Virus record (IMG/VR): IMGVR_UViG_3300010354_009789
Strand: one strand, 5' to 3'
Origin: an uncultured virus (IMG/VR IMGVR_UViG_3300010354_009789)
Lineage: Duplodnaviria > Heunggongvirae > Uroviricota > Caudoviricetes
DNA length: 64,000 nucleotides
Of this stretch, positions 55,885-64,000 are shown in pieces. Numbering within the stretch: the stretch's first letter is position 1; every line of letters starts with the position of its first letter. The notes beneath the pieces are model-generated. The model saw only the letters and a program-made list of their open reading frames with translations. It did no database searches and was not told the DNA's origin. A program made the position numbers and the translations under genes.

Positions 55885-56409
55885 TTACACCCAGTCAGGT
55901 TTGCGATCAGGAATACGAAGATAATTGGATGCTACCCAAGGTTTAGATGCAACATACATTCTATACGCCATCACATCATCAATTGAATCATCCAACTTGT
56001 ATTCATCTGGCATAGCACGGACAAATTGCTCAACCTTACCCCAATCATAAATGGAATGTCCATGATTGTGGAAAATTGTCATTGCTTCTTCTATTGTGGT
56101 CTGGCAAGAATGGCGTTTGCCATATCTCTCAGTATATTCAAAACAGAGAGCAAGACCATGGGCAAGGAGCCAAGCAGTATTTGCCGGATCCTGCGCTGCC
56201 CAGCGGGTGCATGGATGGTTCCGGAAAGCGCCCTTAGACGTGCTGTAGGGGGTCCCGTCCTGCTTGTGTAGGGCACCCCATGCCCAATACCACTCTGAGA
56301 GCACCAGAGAGAGCATCTGGCACGTCTCTAGGGGCATCTTGACCACGTGCTTGTCCGGAAGACTTTTTGCTGCAACTCCAGGATCTACATCTGTGATAAA
56401 AATATTCAT
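55885..56409 (-). CDS. Pyrimidine-dimer DNA glycosylase / endonuclease V-like protein
   Basis: MNIF, DKHVVKMPLETCQML, NHPCTRW, EYTERYGKRH. Confidence 0.75.
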   Translation of the reverse strand: MNIFITDVDPGVAAKSLPDKHVVKMPLETCQMLSLVLSEWYWAWGALHKQDGTPYSTSKGAFRNHPCTRWAAQDPANTAWLLAHGLALCFEYTERYGKRHSCQTTIEEAMTIFHNHGHSIYDWGKVEQFVRAMPDEYKLDDSIDDVMAYRMYVASKPWVASNYLRIPDRKPDWV

Positions 56410-56858
56410 TAAAGGCAATACCTCTTAAGCATGTAAGCGGTGAGAGTCGGACTCTTTTCCATATAATAGGCTTCCGCCTCTAGAGCAGCGGACCCCAAAT
56501 TAAGCGAATATGCCATAGATCTGACCACACTCTTTTTTTGAGTTGGGGTCAGATCATCTAACTGAATGCGTTCAGAAAGCACAGTATTTCCTTTATTGCA
56601 CATTTGCGCAACATGAACAGATTCATGTGTTACTGCTAGGTTTACAATCCGTTTAATCTCATTCCTATCATATTTGGCATGTTGCTTAATATTATCAAGA
56701 CATACACCCATACCTCTGTTACTAGTGGTCCACGCAAAAACAACTTTTGATGCTGCGCAGAGCCCAGTGTCCTGCTCAACTCTAAAATTTGCTTTGCTGG
56801 TCACTCCAACCATTTCTAGTTGGAGTGGTAGAAGAAAGGAAATGAATTCTAAGGTCAT
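56409..56858 (-). CDS. Hypothetical protein with HExxH zincin motif
   Basis: THESVHVAQ...EAEAY. Confidence 0.65.
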   Translation of the reverse strand: MTLEFISFLLPLQLEMVGVTSKANFRVEQDTGLCAASKVVFAWTTSNRGMGVCLDNIKQHAKYDRNEIKRIVNLAVTHESVHVAQMCNKGNTVLSERIQLDDLTPTQKKSVVRSMAYSLNLGSAALEAEAYYMEKSPTLTAYMLKRYCL

Positions 56859-57523
56859 GATTCAAAATCAGAATCTGGTTCAAGTGCAATGTAATATGTT
56901 AGATCGTAATCCCGACTTTCAAACCTGGAAAGCAATTTGCGTGATACAGTAACGTCATACGATCCTGGAAGGATCTTGATATTCTCAACCTTGAAGTTGA
57001 ATGAGAATGATGCGTCAGTCTCACCCACAACTACGGAGAAATCATTAGAAGTATCGTTTTTCTTGTCACGAACCATCAGTTTGACCACACCACCACCGCC
57101 AACAGCGGAAAGGTCTTGAAGTTGGTAAACAGACGCCGCTTTTAACAAACGATCCAGTTGTTGAGTATTCAATTTGAAAGAAACGTCTTCGGTGGGAAGA
57201 ACAATTGCCCGCTCAGGTGGAGTCACAATCAGACTCGGATCTGAGAAGAAGTATTTTGATCGGGTCTTGCCCTCACGAATAACAACGTAACTATCATTTG
57301 AAAAATCAAGTTCTGGGTTTTCATGGAGGGCAAGACCATTCAGGAATTGATTCAAATCATAAATCCCAAAATCGCGAGGAAACTCATCCTCAATATTTGC
57401 CTCAGCAAGAATGTTCTTCATCACCGACATAGTTCGGAGTGACTTACCTTCTTGAATCAGAATTGACTGATTAATCGAAGAAAAGTTCTTCAGAAGAACA
57501 AGGGTTTTATCAGAAAGTCTCAT
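56855..57523 (-). CDS. gp45: Sliding clamp (gp45)
   Basis: LKNFSSINQS, FGIYDLNQFL, YYIALEPDS. Confidence 0.95.
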   Translation of the reverse strand: MRLSDKTLVLLKNFSSINQSILIQEGKSLRTMSVMKNILAEANIEDEFPRDFGIYDLNQFLNGLALHENPELDFSNDSYVVIREGKTRSKYFFSDPSLIVTPPERAIVLPTEDVSFKLNTQQLDRLLKAASVYQLQDLSAVGGGGVVKLMVRDKKNDTSNDFSVVVGETDASFSFNFKVENIKILPGSYDVTVSRKLLSRFESRDYDLTYYIALEPDSDFES

Positions 57524-58022
57524 AACCATCAGAATTAGTTTTGTGGAAACCTGCAAAGTGATACAGAAGCACACCATAGTGCATGATCTTCAGGGCGTCA
57601 AGTTTAGACATCCCGTTCTTTTTGCCGAATCGGGAAGCATACTTGATCAGGTTGTCCCGGCAGAAAGGAACACCATCACCAATTGCCTCAATAATATCAA
57701 GGACTTGAACTTTAGAGTTCTCAGAAGTATAGTGAGAATGATATGTGCTAGTGAGATATTCCTCAAGCACCTTCAGAGTTTGATCCTCACTGAACTTCCA
57801 AAATCCATTATCATTTGTTGATGAGTCTTTATTAGTAGTCACAGAGTCAAAGTTAAAAATAACAGCATCGGAAGGGTCTGCAGCTGCTGCAGAAAATGAA
57901 ATCGTATCTTCTCCAGCAGCACCATAAATGAATGATCCATAATTCACAGGTCCTGCGGCATATGCATCTTCAAGATTGTCAATCATATCAAAGCTATAAT
58001 CAGATGGAGCAGGCATAGTCAT
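57510..58022 (-). CDS. Hypothetical protein (DUF3310-like C-terminus)
   Basis: STYHSHY, FCRDNLIKYASRFGKK, DALKIMHY. Confidence 0.7.
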   Translation of the reverse strand: MTMPAPSDYSFDMIDNLEDAYAAGPVNYGSFIYGAAGEDTISFSAAAADPSDAVIFNFDSVTTNKDSSTNDNGFWKFSEDQTLKVLEEYLTSTYHSHYTSENSKVQVLDIIEAIGDGVPFCRDNLIKYASRFGKKNGMSKLDALKIMHYGVLLYHFAGFHKTNSDGYETF

Positions 58023-58038
58023 AACTAGTGTTTCCTAC

Positions 58039-58067
58039 ATTATATCAGAATGTATCGTCGTTGTCAA
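58039..58067 (-). promoter_or_regulatory. Consensus sigma70 promoter
   Basis: TTGACA-17-TATAAT. Confidence 0.8.
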
Positions 58068-59157
58068 CCTCTTGATTAGGAACGAAGTTAGGATCGACCT
58101 TATCATAGAGTTCCATGAATGCAGATTTGGTTTCGTCATCGAAGCGATTGACACAAACCTTGATTGCCTTAGATTTGTCGCTGAAGATGGAATATGCGCG
58201 GATGATATGGACCAAACGGCGAGTGCTGATGATCTCATCAATTCCACCATCAAAGAAGGTTTTGCGAATCACGTCTGCCCAATCAACCAATCGCTTGCAG
58301 AAGTCACGATCTTCCACACCAAGATCCAAAGAAACTCCCTCAAGGATCTTCTGCTCTACATTGGGACTAGGATACTCTTGCTCCATAGTGACCGGGAAAC
58401 GCTCAAGGAATGCCTCATTCAGCACGTTGGTGCCGATGAAACGACCATCATCAGATCCCTTACCTTTTGTGTTTGCAGTAGCAACCACATTAAATCCAGC
58501 GGCAGGTTTTACGAAACGTCCGATCTTTTTGAGGAACACTCCCTTACCCTCAAGGATGGATTGAAGGCAAAGAATCTTGTTGGAAGCCAGGTCAATTTCG
58601 TCAAGCAGTAGAACCGCACCGCGCTCCAGGGCTTCGATGACCGGACCATTATGCCAAGCAGTTTCACCGTTGACCAGACGGAATCCGCCAATAAGATCAT
58701 CCTCATCAGTTTCGATTGTAATGTTTACACGAATAATTTCACGCTTGAGTTGAGCACATGCCTGCTCAACACTGAAGGTTTTACCATTCCCAGAGAGACC
58801 GGTAATGAATACAGGATAGAAGATCTTAGATTTCAGGATCTTCTTCACATCAGAAAAATTGCCAAAAGGAACGAATGTATGATCCTTATCGGGAACAAGA
58901 CTGTTACCATCCTCAGCATTAGGGATCACAGAAATTGCACTATAACTATGCTCAATTTTCTCAATATCTTTTTTAGTCACTTCAAGATTCCACTTACCAC
59001 GACCAACTTTAAACTGATCCAAACGCTTAGTAACGGTTGGATACGAAACTCCATGAGTGGTGCAATATTCCCGGACATTTTCAGCAGTAATATCCACACC
59101 GAAAGAACCGCGAAGTTCATCAATTACAGAGTTGTTGATTTTGCTTTTGAATGCCAT
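58045..59157 (-). CDS. cobS: CobS-like MoxR-type AAA+ ATPase
   Basis: GLSGNGKT, ETDEDDLIGG, LLDEID, ATANTKGKG, NEAFLERF, STRRL. Confidence 0.9.
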   Translation of the reverse strand: MAFKSKINNSVIDELRGSFGVDITAENVREYCTTHGVSYPTVTKRLDQFKVGRGKWNLEVTKKDIEKIEHSYSAISVIPNAEDGNSLVPDKDHTFVPFGNFSDVKKILKSKIFYPVFITGLSGNGKTFSVEQACAQLKREIIRVNITIETDEDDLIGGFRLVNGETAWHNGPVIEALERGAVLLLDEIDLASNKILCLQSILEGKGVFLKKIGRFVKPAAGFNVVATANTKGKGSDDGRFIGTNVLNEAFLERFPVTMEQEYPSPNVEQKILEGVSLDLGVEDRDFCKRLVDWADVIRKTFFDGGIDEIISTRRLVHIIRAYSIFSDKSKAIKVCVNRFDDETKSAFMELYDKVDPNFVPNQEVDNDDTF

Positions 59158-59251
59158 CGGGGGGTTGTTCCTCTCATCTACCCCTTTAGTATACATCCCT
59201 CAGAGACCCCGACGCACAAAAAAGGACAGTTCGAAAACTGTCCACTAGAAG

Positions 59252-59401
59252 TTAATTTTTGTAACGTTCACATGCCTCATCAAAAGGAATTATATTCCCA
59301 TCAGCATCTTTATAGAAGACTTCTTTTCCACGCATTCTTGCCTCATATGCAACCATACGGGACATCATATTAGTGTTCTGCAGAATTACTGTTTTGCTCA
59401 T
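59252..59401 (-). CDS. Small hypothetical protein
   Basis: MSKTVIL... ORF between cobS promoter and upstream gene. Confidence 0.5.
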   Translation of the reverse strand: MSKTVILQNTNMMSRMVAYEARMRGKEVFYKDADGNIIPFDEACERYKN

Positions 59402-59402
59402 G

Positions 59403-59918
59403 TCAATCTTTCTCAAAGGTAAATGTCTTATTCTTAACTTTAGTATCAAACTCACCAGTTCTTCCAGGTCTCATCTTTCCCTGTGAAACTCTCTTACCTT
59501 TGCCTGGCCATGCACCCTTTTTGGTGCCAACAAGATCTCCAGATCCTCCTGGTTTCTTTTGAACAAGAACAGCGTCCTGTCCATGCTTTGCACCCAGTTT
59601 TTCTACTGCTTTCTTGAACTTCCTCTTACCCTTTTTACCAGAACTAATGATATGAGACTTCTCACCAACCTTTCTACCTTCTGGAGTTCCATCATCTTCG
59701 GTATATCTTCCCTGTGCCTTTGTTGGTCCGGGTAGTCCAGCACCGCGAATATCTTTCTCCATTTGACGAGAACGTGCTTTGTTCTCTTTCTTAGATTTGT
59801 CTCCACGCTCAGCAGAAACAATTGCCAATCCACCTTTCTTTGATTTCTGGACAACTCTGGAAAGTCCCCCCTCTTGGAGGGACTTACACTCTGCCATGAA
59901 CTCCGTAAAAGTCTTCAT
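59403..59918 (-). CDS. Basic protein with T4 capsid-targeting-like N-terminus
   Basis: MKTFTEFMAE, LQEGGLSR, SAERG, KHGQDAVL; ATAAATA upstream. Confidence 0.75.
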   Translation of the reverse strand: MKTFTEFMAECKSLQEGGLSRVVQKSKKGGLAIVSAERGDKSKKENKARSRQMEKDIRGAGLPGPTKAQGRYTEDDGTPEGRKVGEKSHIISSGKKGKRKFKKAVEKLGAKHGQDAVLVQKKPGGSGDLVGTKKGAWPGKGKRVSQGKMRPGRTGEFDTKVKNKTFTFEKD

Positions 59919-59952
59919 CTTGCGCAAGTAATTCTTCTCTATTCTATATTTA

Positions 59953-62112
59953 TTAAGCGACTAACTCAATAAACTCAGAGAGAATTTTCTTGTTCATTTT
60001 CTTAGACCGAAGGGACTTCATGAACGAACTCTTGATCTGTGCTTTAGTTGCACCCTCTTGCACTTCGAAGTCATCACTAACATTGACATGATTGGAACTA
60101 ATCCCAAAATAGCGATGATAGTAATTAGTCTTCATGGCAACGCTATGCTGCTTCTTGAATTCTTTACAGAGTTTGTCACACTCATGCAGATCACCATACG
60201 CAACTCCCTCACGGATGAACTTATTCAATTCCCGATTACTGAGAATGCGAATTCCAATAATATTCACCTGAGGGAAGCAATCGCGGAGTTCTTGAATTAG
60301 ATACTTAGAAATATCAACATGATCGGTCATTTTGTAGACCTTTCCACTCCTACGATTGCGAAGGCAGATTTCGGTGCCATAAGCAGCATATGCAAGTGTC
60401 CTGCGGAACAGTTTATCTTTGACAACACCATCAGAATAATTGCGCTCATCAATGTATTGAATAGAAGCACCATCACCATCAGTAAGAATGACAGTCTGAA
60501 CCTTTTGAACTTTATTACGCTTCTGGAAGTCCGGAATAATCTGATGAAGAGCAATAATGCTCTCACTCAAAGGCGTTCCACTTAGGTCAATACGAGCGGG
60601 CAATCCAGTCACGCCATAGGAATACCTACGGGTGGTGGCAGTAGCAACCCTCCAGAAGTTCTTCATCTGGGTTTCAAGAACACTTGCACTCACACCATTT
60701 GTCAGCGCATTCATAAGACTGAAACTATCACTTACATAGAGTTCATGAAGTTTCATGCCATGATGTGACTTTGGAAAAGATGCCCTACCATACTCATCAT
60801 AAGTTACACGAGCATAGCAATTTGTGAAGAGATATACATCAAAGGGAATTGCAACTTTTTTGCAGAACCAAATAAGAGTGAAGAGTTGCTTCACAGTATC
60901 CATGAGATAATCCTCCATGGATCCAGACCAATCCATTACAAACACCAGACCATGATTTTTTCCGTTAGGAAATGTGGTCACTTTCTTAAAGAGATCCTCA
61001 TTATACTTGTAAGTATGCAGAGCGCGAGTATTCAGAACTCCAGTCTTTGATACAGATGCACGTGCATAAGCATCTGCAGATTTGCGACACTCAAACTCCT
61101 TAACAAGGTAGTTGACTTCTTTCTGCGCTTCTTTCTTGAAGGCGCGATAATCGCGATCCCAGTCAGAAAACACATCCTCAGAACTCTGAAGACCAATGTA
61201 ATCGGAGGAAACAAATTGATGATACTCTTTGTTGCTCACAACAACGCTATCAAGATTAACTTGAGGTGTCTGCAGATACACTGGATTGGATCCATTCCGA
61301 TCAACCAGATCGCGAAGTTTTTCCTGAAGAATATCGTCAGTTTTTACTTTGGTATTGTGATCACCACCTTCATTAGAAGGTTGTGGTTGATTGTTCATGG
61401 ACCCAGTTTGATCCTCACTCTCACCAGATTTAGGATCACCGTCACTCTCACCATCCTCTTCAGTATCGGATTGTTGATTATCTGCATTCTCAGACTTCTC
61501 ACCAGAACCAGCAGATCCGGAGGTTTGCTCATCAGACTGAGCAGGAACTTCTTCCTGCTGCTTATCCTTTGCACAATACTCATATAGAACCTTTGCGGCA
61601 TGAAGTGCTTCATCAAAGGTCTCAGACTTGCCAATCAGATCAACAATTTCTTGCTCCTCATCTGTGAATTGAACATTTACAAAAAGACCGATCTTAAAGA
61701 AGATATTGACACGATCTGCAAGGTTCATCGCATTAACATCTTCGTCAGCAATACCAAAGAAATCATCATCAGAGAGTTCTTTGTATCCACGGAAGAAAGT
61801 CTTAGGAAGACCCGCATAACGACGCTTGATTAACTTTTCAATCCGAACATCTTCAACGATGTTCACAAATTGACCGGGAATATTCACCTTCTCACTCCAA
61901 TCTTCGTTGGGAGTATAAAGGGCATGTCCCACCTCATGTGCCACCAGAAGATCATAGACATCATTCGATGCCTTCTCCCACATAGGAAGCGTCAGAACAC
62001 GTGTCTGAACGTTAAACTGAGCAGTCTCAACCCTACGGTGCTCCACCATAAGATCCTCAGTTGCCAGCAACTTTGCCAGTTGAGATTTGATCTGCTGGTT
62101 GATTACGGACAT
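59953..62112 (-). CDS. CobT-like protein: HExxH peptidase domain plus vWA domain
   Basis: AHEVGHAL, NIVEDVRIE, acidic linker, MDWSGSM (MIDAS), GTPL, LTDGD. Confidence 0.85.
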   Translation of the reverse strand: MSVINQQIKSQLAKLLATEDLMVEHRRVETAQFNVQTRVLTLPMWEKASNDVYDLLVAHEVGHALYTPNEDWSEKVNIPGQFVNIVEDVRIEKLIKRRYAGLPKTFFRGYKELSDDDFFGIADEDVNAMNLADRVNIFFKIGLFVNVQFTDEEQEIVDLIGKSETFDEALHAAKVLYEYCAKDKQQEEVPAQSDEQTSGSAGSGEKSENADNQQSDTEEDGESDGDPKSGESEDQTGSMNNQPQPSNEGGDHNTKVKTDDILQEKLRDLVDRNGSNPVYLQTPQVNLDSVVVSNKEYHQFVSSDYIGLQSSEDVFSDWDRDYRAFKKEAQKEVNYLVKEFECRKSADAYARASVSKTGVLNTRALHTYKYNEDLFKKVTTFPNGKNHGLVFVMDWSGSMEDYLMDTVKQLFTLIWFCKKVAIPFDVYLFTNCYARVTYDEYGRASFPKSHHGMKLHELYVSDSFSLMNALTNGVSASVLETQMKNFWRVATATTRRYSYGVTGLPARIDLSGTPLSESIIALHQIIPDFQKRNKVQKVQTVILTDGDGASIQYIDERNYSDGVVKDKLFRRTLAYAAYGTEICLRNRRSGKVYKMTDHVDISKYLIQELRDCFPQVNIIGIRILSNRELNKFIREGVAYGDLHECDKLCKEFKKQHSVAMKTNYYHRYFGISSNHVNVSDDFEVQEGATKAQIKSSFMKSLRSKKMNKKILSEFIELVA

Positions 62113-62202
62113 GGTTCGGTTCTTTGCTTACATAGTCATCATACAAAAAAACCACCCGGTGATGGGTGGTTTCAGACACTTTGCCAACTGGCACACTAGT
62201 AA

Positions 62203-64000
62203 TCAATCATATCTAGAACTTTGCATCTCCTGAGATCTCTTAGCAGCAGCGCGGCGCAGTGCTACCTTTTGAGCAGGAGACTGTGGACCGCCATACTCAC
62301 CTGCTTTGGGTGGTTTCTTACCGGGCTGCTGTTTACGCTGCCCTGCAGGGCGACCTCCGGACATATTACGGATGGATTTCTTCACGCTTTGATATGCCTT
62401 ATCCTGAACACCACCCTTCTCAACTGGTTTTCCAGTCTTAAAGTCCTTTCCGGTTTCCTTCTCATAACGTGTGATCTCGTTCATAAGCTCAGACTCCCTG
62501 CTCTCCTTCAGAGCAGCACTCACTTTCTCTGCGAAACTTAAATCTTCTTTAGCAAACTCACCCATAGCCTTCTGCTTACGGAGTTTCTTAGGATTCTTGG
62601 TTACACCACCAGGACCTTGTGAGGGATAATCGTGGTCAGCACGAGTTCCTACACCGTGAGCATCACCTGCTCTTGCTCTTTCTCTATCGTCAGCGGTCAG
62701 ACCCTTTCTTGGGGAAGCATAAGCATCTTTTCTATTAGCAGGATTGGTTCTCCTCTGCATTGCTTTAAGGAATGGCTTTCTCTTTGCAGTCATCTTGGTT
62801 TTTGATGCTGCAGCATATGCCTTTGGAGTTTCTCCGTAAGATCCCTCTGCCTCGTCAAGATAAAACTCATACATATCATCCCAAGTGTAATCGGAGAGAT
62901 CATATCCCTCTTCTATAAGAGAGTTTACCCAGAGTTCAAATCCCTCATTAGCAATCTCTCCCATAGCCTTCTGCTTACGGAGTTTCTTGGGGTTCTTGGT
63001 TACTGAACCAGCTCCATATGTATTTTCACCATCAAAGGCGCGTTCCGCTCTCCTTTCCGCTCTCTCATCCGCATCCATTTTACCTCTAGCACTTGAAGGT
63101 CTAGAAGATTTCTTACCGCCAGAAAGACCTCTGGAAAGTGCATCCTGTCTTCTAAAATGCTTTTCTGCCGATTTTACTTTTTTGGTTTTTTCACCTTTCT
63201 GGGAATACTCAGTTGCAGGTTTGTGTCTTCTAGCAATAGCAAGTTTGCCCATTGCTTCTTTTGCTTTGGGTGTCTGTCCGTATGAACCTTCTGCCTCATC
63301 AATATACTCTTCACTCACACCTGCATATTCCGGGCGACCTTTATTTACTTTCTTAATCCACTGTCGTCTTGCAGATCTCACTTCATCTTTATAATCAAGA
63401 CGCTTCGCACGTTCCTCTCTTTGCTTTTTAAGTTCTGGAGAAATTTCTTCAAGGATTTCCTGAATATCTTCTGCATCCAGATCGTTTGCCATCATCCATG
63501 CTGCTTCTTCCAGAGTTTCTGCATATCCTTCAACATAAAGAAACTCAAGAACTGCATCAAAGACATCAACTTCCTCTCTGTTGAGTTGCTTCTTCTCAGC
63601 GGGAGTTAGAGCACCTCTTTGTGCTCCTCTTGCTGCTTGCTTTGCCTTTACATCAGGATCATTGGACTTGTGAGCATAACCATGAAGTCCAGGATTTGAT
63701 GAAGTCGTATTGCGGAAATCACCTCTTTGCTTTCTAGCATACTCGGATCTTTGCTTCGATTTATTGGCATCACCATAGGTGGGCTTATTCTCAAGTGCGG
63801 TTGCTCTATCTGCTGCTTCACCACCTCTAGTTGACTTAGCGATCTTCTGGCGAATTGCAGTTTCATCATGACCACGCTTTGCCATCGCGGTTGCTTCTTC
63901 AATCTCAGTTTCCTCCTTCTTCACAACACCAGACATCTTCTTCATTTTTCTGACTGGCTTGTAGTCAGATGGCACGGGATCATCGGAGTATGGTGCCTTA
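62203..64000 (-). CDS. Large charged repeat protein, putative internal head protein; 5' end beyond window
   Basis: Frame stays open to the window edge; duplicated DEAEGSYG.TPKA...VTKNPKKLRKQKAMGE modules. Confidence 0.75.
   Translation of the reverse strand, partial: KAPYSDDPVPSDYKPVRKMKKMSGVVKKEETEIEEATAMAKRGHDETAIRQKIAKSTRGGEAADRATALENKPTYGDANKSKQRSEYARKQRGDFRNTTSSNPGLHGYAHKSNDPDVKAKQAARGAQRGALTPAEKKQLNREEVDVFDAVLEFLYVEGYAETLEEAAWMMANDLDAEDIQEILEEISPELKKQREERAKRLDYKDEVRSARRQWIKKVNKGRPEYAGVSEEYIDEAEGSYGQTPKAKEAMGKLAIARRHKPATEYSQKGEKTKKVKSAEKHFRRQDALSRGLSGGKKSSRPSSARGKMDADERAERRAERAFDGENTYGAGSVTKNPKKLRKQKAMGEIANEGFELWVNSLIEEGYDLSDYTWDDMYEFYLDEAEGSYGETPKAYAAASKTKMTAKRKPFLKAMQRRTNPANRKDAYASPRKGLTADDRERARAGDAHGVGTRADHDYPSQGPGGVTKNPKKLRKQKAMGEFAKEDLSFAEKVSAALKESRESELMNEITRYEKETGKDFKTGKPVEKGGVQDKAYQSVKKSIRNMSGGRPAGQRKQQPGKKPPKAGEYGGPQSPAQKVALRRAAAKRSQEMQSSRYD
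62561..63002. repeat. Intragenic ~43-bp direct repeat (62561..62603 and 62960..63002)
   Basis: CCCATAGCCTTCTGCTTACGGAGTTTCTT(A/G)GG(A/G)TTCTTGGTTA in both copies. Confidence 0.85.

Noticed and set aside
58072..59373. Long plus-strand ORFs opposite cobS
   Set aside because: Antisense shadows without recognisable motifs
58045..62112. Cobalamin biosynthesis role for cobS and the CobT-like gene
   Set aside because: This is the common T4-like AAA+/vWA pair; no other cob genes are present in the window
18816..62192. CRISPR array or transposon ends from the repeated palindrome
   Set aside because: Copies are dispersed, not regularly spaced, and no cas or transposase gene is present

Overview
This window is a 64-kb segment of a T4-like cyanomyophage genome (Kyanoviridae-like), almost entirely coded on the minus strand. 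From left to right: (1) a truncated cyanobacterial-type S-adenosylhomocysteine hydrolase (ahcY) and an outer-membrane beta-barrel; (2) a ~17-kb glycan and nucleotide-sugar island (GT25, GT6, two GT11, NodZ-like pair, gmd, epimerases, methyl/acyl/aminotransferases, NUDIX) led by a wcaG/manA-like pseudoknotted RNA; (3) a ~9-kb array of 33 tRNA genes covering all 20 amino acids, interleaved with gnd, small ORFs, two HNH nucleases, three tRNA-like RNAs with aberrant anticodon arms and at least two large structured ncRNA candidates; (4) def, a lysozyme-like gene, a GIY-YIG nuclease, nrdAB and primase; (5) late or virion genes and the T4 replication module (mazG, 41, uvsX, 43, hsp20, regA, 62, dam, 44, 45, cobS, CobT-like). 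The most interesting unexplained signals are the tRNA-mimic/ncRNA set inside the tRNA array, an 18-bp palindrome at a fixed distance upstream of -10 boxes, and T4 capsid-targeting-like N-termini on two nucleotidyltransferases. All calls come from manual reading and recalled family motifs; no database searches or folding programs were run.
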